10,727 nt of DNA. It comes from Conexivisphaerales archaeon (lineage in GTDB: Archaea > Thermoproteota > Nitrososphaeria > Conexivisphaerales > DTJL01). The notes beneath the pieces were generated by a model. That model was given only the letters and a program-made list of their open reading frames with translations, did not search any database and had not been told where the DNA came from. The stretch's first letter is position 1. Each line of letters opens with the position of its first letter. The stretch covers positions 1 to 10,727 of the forward strand of contig JBEKZX010000055.1 of assembly GCA_049509455.1 (NCBI GenBank), in the 5' to 3' direction. The position numbers were made by a program, and so were the translations under genes. Below, piece by piece: positions 7,089 through 10,727 of the stretch.

Positions 7089-7095
7089 GCCCGTT

Positions 7096-8028
7096 TCAGA
7101 GCTGGAGATAAACAGGAAGGCCCTTTTCGCTGGAGTAGCTGGCCGCTTCAGCGATCCTGCTCGTCTTGATGGCGTCCCAGCCGTCGACCAGCGGCTTCCT
7201 CCCCTTCTCGACGCATTCGAGGAAGGACTTGATTTCGGCCGAGAGAGGCTCCTGCGCCTGCAGGCGAGGTATCTCCGCGGAGGCCTCCCTGTCGAGACGG
7301 ACCTCCTGAGTGACGAAGTTAATGGTCACCACACCCTCCGTGAACACGGCCTCCAGCATCCTCTCCTTCTTCGGTGTGACCCAGTTGGACGTGAGGATGG
7401 CCGAGCGATGGCCCCTGAAACCCAGCATCACTACGGCGAAGTCCTCGAATTGGCCCCTGACCTTCCCCGTGCGGGCGAACACCTGGACGGGCTCCTCGGC
7501 GAAGATCCATCGCGCCGTGTCGATGTCGTGGACCGTCGTGTCCTTCAATATGCCGACGTCCTTGACGCCCCCCCATCGGCTCTCCCGGTGGAACTCCGCC
7601 AACAGGAGCTCTCCCATGCTGCCCTTCGAGACCACGTCCTTCAAGTAGGCGACCACGGGGTTGAACCTCTCGATGAAGCCCACGGCGAGGATCCGCTTCC
7701 TCTCATCAGCCAGGCTCGCCAGCATCTCCCCTTCCGCGGTGGTGGCGGCCAAGGGCTTCTCAACGAAGATATGGAGCCCCGATTCCAGGAGCCTCTTGGC
7801 GACCTGCGCATGTGTCACCGTGGGCGTGCACACGTGAACCGCGTCTAGCTGAGCCGACGAGAGCATCCGTTCGACCGAATCGAACGCCGGGCAGCCGTAT
7901 CTCTTCGCAAAGAAGTCTGCCCTCGCAAGGTCCGTGTCGCAGACGGCATTCAGGACCCCCAGCTCGCCCAGGACGCGGGCGTGGTTCTTCCCCCAGCCGC
8001 CCAAGCCCACAAGACCGACGGATGGCAT
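7096..8028 (-). CDS. Gfo/Idh/MocA NAD-dependent oxidoreductase, GnnA/WbpB-like (probable UDP-GlcNAc 3-dehydrogenase)
   Basis: VGLVGLGGWG Rossmann motif, VEKP, VGFIERFNP and DVGILKDTTVHDID. Adjacent to an amino-sugar acetyltransferase. Confidence 0.9.
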   Translation of the reverse strand: MPSVGLVGLGGWGKNHARVLGELGVLNAVCDTDLARADFFAKRYGCPAFDSVERMLSSAQLDAVHVCTPTVTHAQVAKRLLESGLHIFVEKPLAATTAEGEMLASLADERKRILAVGFIERFNPVVAYLKDVVSKGSMGELLLAEFHRESRWGGVKDVGILKDTTVHDIDTARWIFAEEPVQVFARTGKVRGQFEDFAVVMLGFRGHRSAILTSNWVTPKKERMLEAVFTEGVVTINFVTQEVRLDREASAEIPRLQAQEPLSAEIKSFLECVEKGRKPLVDGWDAIKTSRIAEAASYSSEKGLPVYLQL

Positions 8029-8053
8029 GTCGAAGCTGCTCCTTGCAACGAGT

Positions 8054-8060
8054 CTTTTAA
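8054..8060 (-). promoter_or_regulatory. Internal TATA box for the oxidoreductase gene
   Basis: Minus strand TTAAAAG immediately follows the upstream stop and ends 25 nt before ATG 8028, a spacing consistent with a near-leaderless transcript. Confidence 0.5.
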
Positions 8061-8061
8061 C

Positions 8062-9168
8062 CTATGCGGCCTCGGGGGGGAGGCTCGCCCTCACCACAAT
8101 CTGACCGGGGGTGGGCTTGGAGGTCTCCAGGACGTCCCGGTCCTTAGGGCTGCAGACCACTACCACCTGATACCGCTCCGAGAGCAGCGGCCTCGAATGG
8201 TCTCTCCCCTCCGGGTCGTGGGGGTTCCAGTACTCCACCTCCCCGAAGACCTCTCGGAGCTCGGCCAGGAGCATCGAAAGGAGGCGCTGCTTCTCGGCCT
8301 TCATCTCGAACTGGTCTATCGACCAGAGGACCAGAATCCTCGAACGGATGGCCTTGAGGCCCCTGTTACGGACTTGGAGCCGAATGAAGGATTCGAGGAC
8401 CTTCATGTAGCTTGAAAGCGAGCGCATAGCCCCGGCGGCGAAGTGGAGGAGGGGGTCCCCCTGCGGTAGGCTCTCCACGAGCATCTGGACCTCGAAGAAA
8501 CCCCTGGACAGGTCGTCGATGTAAATGGATTCGTCGGAATGAATCGAGGCGGAGAGATCCCTGTACATGGAGGCCTGGACGGCCTTGTCCAGATACCGCC
8601 TGAGCGTGAAACCCACATAGGCGAGCTCGGCCGAGTCCACGTCCGTCATCTCGGCGGGGATTCCGAAGGCGCTGCAGAGCTTCTTCGGAGGTGCCTTCCC
8701 TAGGAGGCCGACCGACGGGAAGCCGCCGTCAGAGGAGGCGGGCGCATAGATGTAGGTAAACTCAGCCCCCGCCTTCAGCCCGCTCTGCTCCTCCAATATT
8801 CCCACGAAGCTCTTGTTGACGCCGAGGGACAGGGGGACTACGTTAAGGACGGTGCAGCCCTGGCTCAGGTTCTGACCCACCTCCTTGAGGCGCAGGAGCT
8901 GCTCCGCCCTCCCCTCTGCCCCGGATGACCTGAGCTTCGGGCTGAATACGAGGATGGAGGACCTCGAAATGCACTCTGAAAGAGGGATGATGGGGCTCAG
9001 GGTGTCCTCTCCGAATAAGGTGGCAAGGATCAGGTTGTCGACCTTCGGAAGGGTCACCGCCGTCTTGAGGCTTTCGTCGGCCATGGTGACCGCGAACCCC
9101 GCAGAAGCTAGCCTCCTTCCGACCGCGAATCCCACGTCGCTAACTCCGTAGATGGTGGCCTGTTCCAA
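8062..9168 (-). CDS. Degenerate UDP-glucose/GDP-mannose dehydrogenase-family (WbpA/WecC-like) protein, probable pseudoenzyme
   Basis: The architecture aligns by eye along the full length: TIYGVSDVG (cf. IVGLGYVG), LEEQSGLKAGAEFTYIYAP (cf. SGLxxGxDFYLxYSPER), SAEL (cf. AAEMTK) and RILVLW...EVEYWNP (cf. RVLVLG...VAYSDP). Catalytic motifs are missing. TTG start. Confidence 0.6.
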   Translation of the reverse strand: MEQATIYGVSDVGFAVGRRLASAGFAVTMADESLKTAVTLPKVDNLILATLFGEDTLSPIIPLSECISRSSILVFSPKLRSSGAEGRAEQLLRLKEVGQNLSQGCTVLNVVPLSLGVNKSFVGILEEQSGLKAGAEFTYIYAPASSDGGFPSVGLLGKAPPKKLCSAFGIPAEMTDVDSAELAYVGFTLRRYLDKAVQASMYRDLSASIHSDESIYIDDLSRGFFEVQMLVESLPQGDPLLHFAAGAMRSLSSYMKVLESFIRLQVRNRGLKAIRSRILVLWSIDQFEMKAEKQRLLSMLLAELREVFGEVEYWNPHDPEGRDHSRPLLSERYQVVVVCSPKDRDVLETSKPTPGQIVVRASLPPEAA

Positions 9169-9203
9169 TGAGCCCTTTCAGCCGCCGCGAACCAGCTTCA
9201 TTG

Positions 9204-9238
9204 CTTTCGCCATGTGCGGATTTAACACTTTGCCATGT
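9204..9238. repeat. Near-perfect direct repeat flanking a TATA-like box
   Basis: CTTTCGCCATGT (9204-9215) and CTTTGCCATGT (9228-9238) lie either side of minus-strand TTAAAT (9225-9220). Confidence 0.6.
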
Positions 9239-9284
9239 AGATCGCGAAACCCTCCACCGAAGGACGGCGCCCACTGCATAACGC

Positions 9285-9290
9285 TTTAAG
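9285..9290 (+). promoter_or_regulatory. TATA-like box for the DUF354 gene
   Basis: TTTAAG upstream of the SD-like GAGGTCA and TTG 9337. Confidence 0.45.
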
Positions 9291-9336
9291 GGCGGCGGCT
9301 GTGCCCATCCGTCTCAGGGCTCGAGGTCATCGTCGA

Positions 9337-10386
9337 TTGAGGATCTGGATGGACGCGCTCACGCCGAAGCAGCTCATCTTCTTGGATGCGATCAGAAGGG
9401 GGCTGGTGGAGCTGGGGCACGACGTTTTCACGACCACCCGGTCGTATCATGACGCGACCTACGTTGTGCAACGGCTGGGCCTGGAAGCCACGTTCGTAGG
9501 CAGCCACGGCGGCGCGGACGTCGGCGCCAAGCTGGAGGCGAGCCTGCGGAGGTCTCTAGACCTGGCGAAGATGCTTCAGGGGCGAAGCTTCGACATCGCT
9601 CTGTCGTTCAGCTCGCCGGAGGCCGCACGGGTGGCCTACGGTCTGGGGATCCCGCACTATGCGGCCAACGACTCTCCGCACTCGGTGGCAGTGGCGAGGT
9701 TGACCCTCCCTCTGTCCAGGTTGCTCTTCACCCCTGACATCATACCTCCCTCAGCCTGGACCAAGTTTGGAATAGGCGCGAGGGGCCTGCGAAGATACCA
9801 TGCCATCGACGCGGCGGCGTGGGTCAAGCACCCGGAGAGGTGGCCGCAGCCGAACGAGGTCGAAAAGGGGGCGAGGCACGCCATCGTAGTGAGGCTCGAG
9901 GAGTCTCAGGCCAGCTACTTGGCCGGAAGTGATAGCGATGCGGTGAAGATGGTCCTCTCCCTTGCTGACCGCTTCCCGGAGCGGAGGATCGTCCTGTTGA
10001 CGCGGTATGCTGAGCAGGACAGGCTCTTCGGCCGGATGGGGGGGAACACGGTCGTCTGCGAAACACCCTACTTTGGAGTGAACCTGATCACGGAAGCTGC
10101 CCTCTTGGTGGGGCGAGGAGGGACCATGAACGCGGAGGCCGCGCTTCTCGGCGTGCCCACCATTTCCTACTTCCCCGGGCGACCCACCTACATCGACAGG
10201 TACCTCGAGGGGGAGAAGGTCTTGTCGTTGGTGAAAGACGACGCCGAGATGATGGCTGCGGCCGTGAGGCTGCTCGGAGATCGAAAGGGCGCGGCGTCCT
10301 TAAAGAAGCGAGCCAAGGCTCTGCTCGATTCGATGGTCGACCCCGGCGAGTTCATCGCCGGCGAGATTGATCACGTTTCGATATGA
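9337..10386 (+). CDS. DUF354 (COG1817) protein, predicted GT-B fold, function unknown
   Basis: RIWMDALTPKQ N-terminus, SFSSPEAARVAYGLGIP and GGTMNAEAALLGVPTIS. TTG 9337 with SD GAGGTCA gives the family-typical start; the track start at 9301 is probably too long. Confidence 0.85.
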   Translation: MRIWMDALTPKQLIFLDAIRRGLVELGHDVFTTTRSYHDATYVVQRLGLEATFVGSHGGADVGAKLEASLRRSLDLAKMLQGRSFDIALSFSSPEAARVAYGLGIPHYAANDSPHSVAVARLTLPLSRLLFTPDIIPPSAWTKFGIGARGLRRYHAIDAAAWVKHPERWPQPNEVEKGARHAIVVRLEESQASYLAGSDSDAVKMVLSLADRFPERRIVLLTRYAEQDRLFGRMGGNTVVCETPYFGVNLITEAALLVGRGGTMNAEAALLGVPTISYFPGRPTYIDRYLEGEKVLSLVKDDAEMMAAAVRLLGDRKGAASLKKRAKALLDSMVDPGEFIAGEIDHVSI

Positions 10387-10406
10387 TGCCGTCCGCCGAA
10401 TAGAGC

Positions 10407-10413
10407 TTATTAA
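10407..10413 (+). promoter_or_regulatory. TATA box of the tRNA gene
   Basis: TTATTAA ends 26 nt before the tRNA 5' end. Confidence 0.65.
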
Positions 10414-10439
10414 CCAAAGGAGGAAGTGCTAGAAACAGC

Positions 10440-10517
10440 AGCCCGGTGGTGTAGTCAGGCCAAGCATGCCGGCCTTTGGAGCCGGTGACGAGGGTTCGAA
10501 TCCTTCCCGGGCTACCA
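10440..10517 (+). tRNA. tRNA-Gln: tRNA-Gln, anticodon TTG, intron-less, CCA encoded
   Basis: Acceptor stem AGCCCGG/CCGGGCT plus ACCA; anticodon arm CCGGC-CTTTGGA-GCCGG; T arm GAGGG-TTCGAAT-CCTTC. The A1-U72 pair is typical of archaeal tRNA-Gln. Confidence 0.97.
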
Positions 10518-10560
10518 CAATATTTACAAGAAACGCCCATCGAACGTTAAATATGCTGGC

Positions 10561-10727
10561 ATGTGGTCGCTAACGAACACCCCAACGGCGGATTTCGAGA
10601 GGTGGCTACTCTGCTTGAAGTATGGAGCGTACGTCCTCCTCTACTCGTCGTGCAGATCATTCGAAAGGAGGGAGATGGGACTCCCCATTGTCATGAAGGA
10701 AGAGGTCGAAGGGAAGTTCGGATCAGG
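10561..10727 (+). CDS. Possible 5' part of a hypothetical protein (runs off the 3' edge)
   Basis: The frame from ATG 10561 is open to the window end. In-frame ATG 10675 follows SD-like AGGAGG and may be the true start. No family recognised. Confidence 0.3.
   Translation, partial: MWSLTNTPTADFERWLLCLKYGAYVLLYSSCRSFERREMGLPIVMKEEVEGKFGS

Larger units (their letters stand above)
9179..9301. repeat. Perfect 10-bp inverted repeat bracketing the divergent promoter region
   Basis: CAGCCGCCGC at 9179-9188 and GCGGCGGCTG at 9292-9301. Confidence 0.6.

Noticed and set aside
7063-7848. 261-aa plus-strand ORF antisense to the Gfo/Idh/MocA gene
   Set aside because: Shadow ORF typical of GC-rich codon usage; no motif, and fully overlapped by a well-supported gene.
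9168-9213. In-frame MAKAMKLVRGG-TGA upstream of the pseudo-dehydrogenase, suggesting selenocysteine or read-through
   Set aside because: TATA spacing puts the likely TSS at or downstream of these ATGs, I see no SECIS-like structure, and the TTG start already yields a complete Rossmann N-terminus.
10440-10517. tRNA as a possible amber suppressor explaining the aglH UAG
   Set aside because: The anticodon is TTG (Gln, reads CAA), not CTA, and no pyrrolysine machinery is in the window.
1-10727. CRISPR arrays, IS elements, phage genes or tandem repeats
   Set aside because: No regularly spaced repeats and no transposase, integrase or viral hallmark ORFs seen on either strand.

Overview
GC-rich archaeal chromosomal window with no CRISPR array, transposase or phage gene. 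TATA/BRE promoters, a single-OB SSB, an A1-U72 tRNA-Gln and an uS10 with an RKAPSGQGT signature suggest Nitrososphaerota/Thaumarchaeota; this lineage call is inferred from recalled sequences. Left half, housekeeping and transport: the 3' end of an APC amino-acid permease, an Icc-like metallophosphoesterase, a possible glycosyltransferase remnant, a two-piece LysO exporter, a K+-independent H+-pyrophosphatase (hppA), a stand-alone rps10 and a tail-less ssb. Right half, a surface-glycosylation locus: an AglH/GPT-type priming transferase, a small 2-TM ORF in frame after its stop, a hexapeptide-repeat N-acetyltransferase, a GnnA-like Gfo/Idh/MocA 3-dehydrogenase, an intact but apparently catalytically dead UDP-sugar 6-dehydrogenase homolog and a DUF354 GT-B protein. 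tRNA-Gln(TTG) follows. The most interesting signal is the putative pseudoenzyme in the WbpA position of a wbpA/B/D-like cluster that lacks its aminotransferase. All family assignments are by-eye motif recognition, not database searches.
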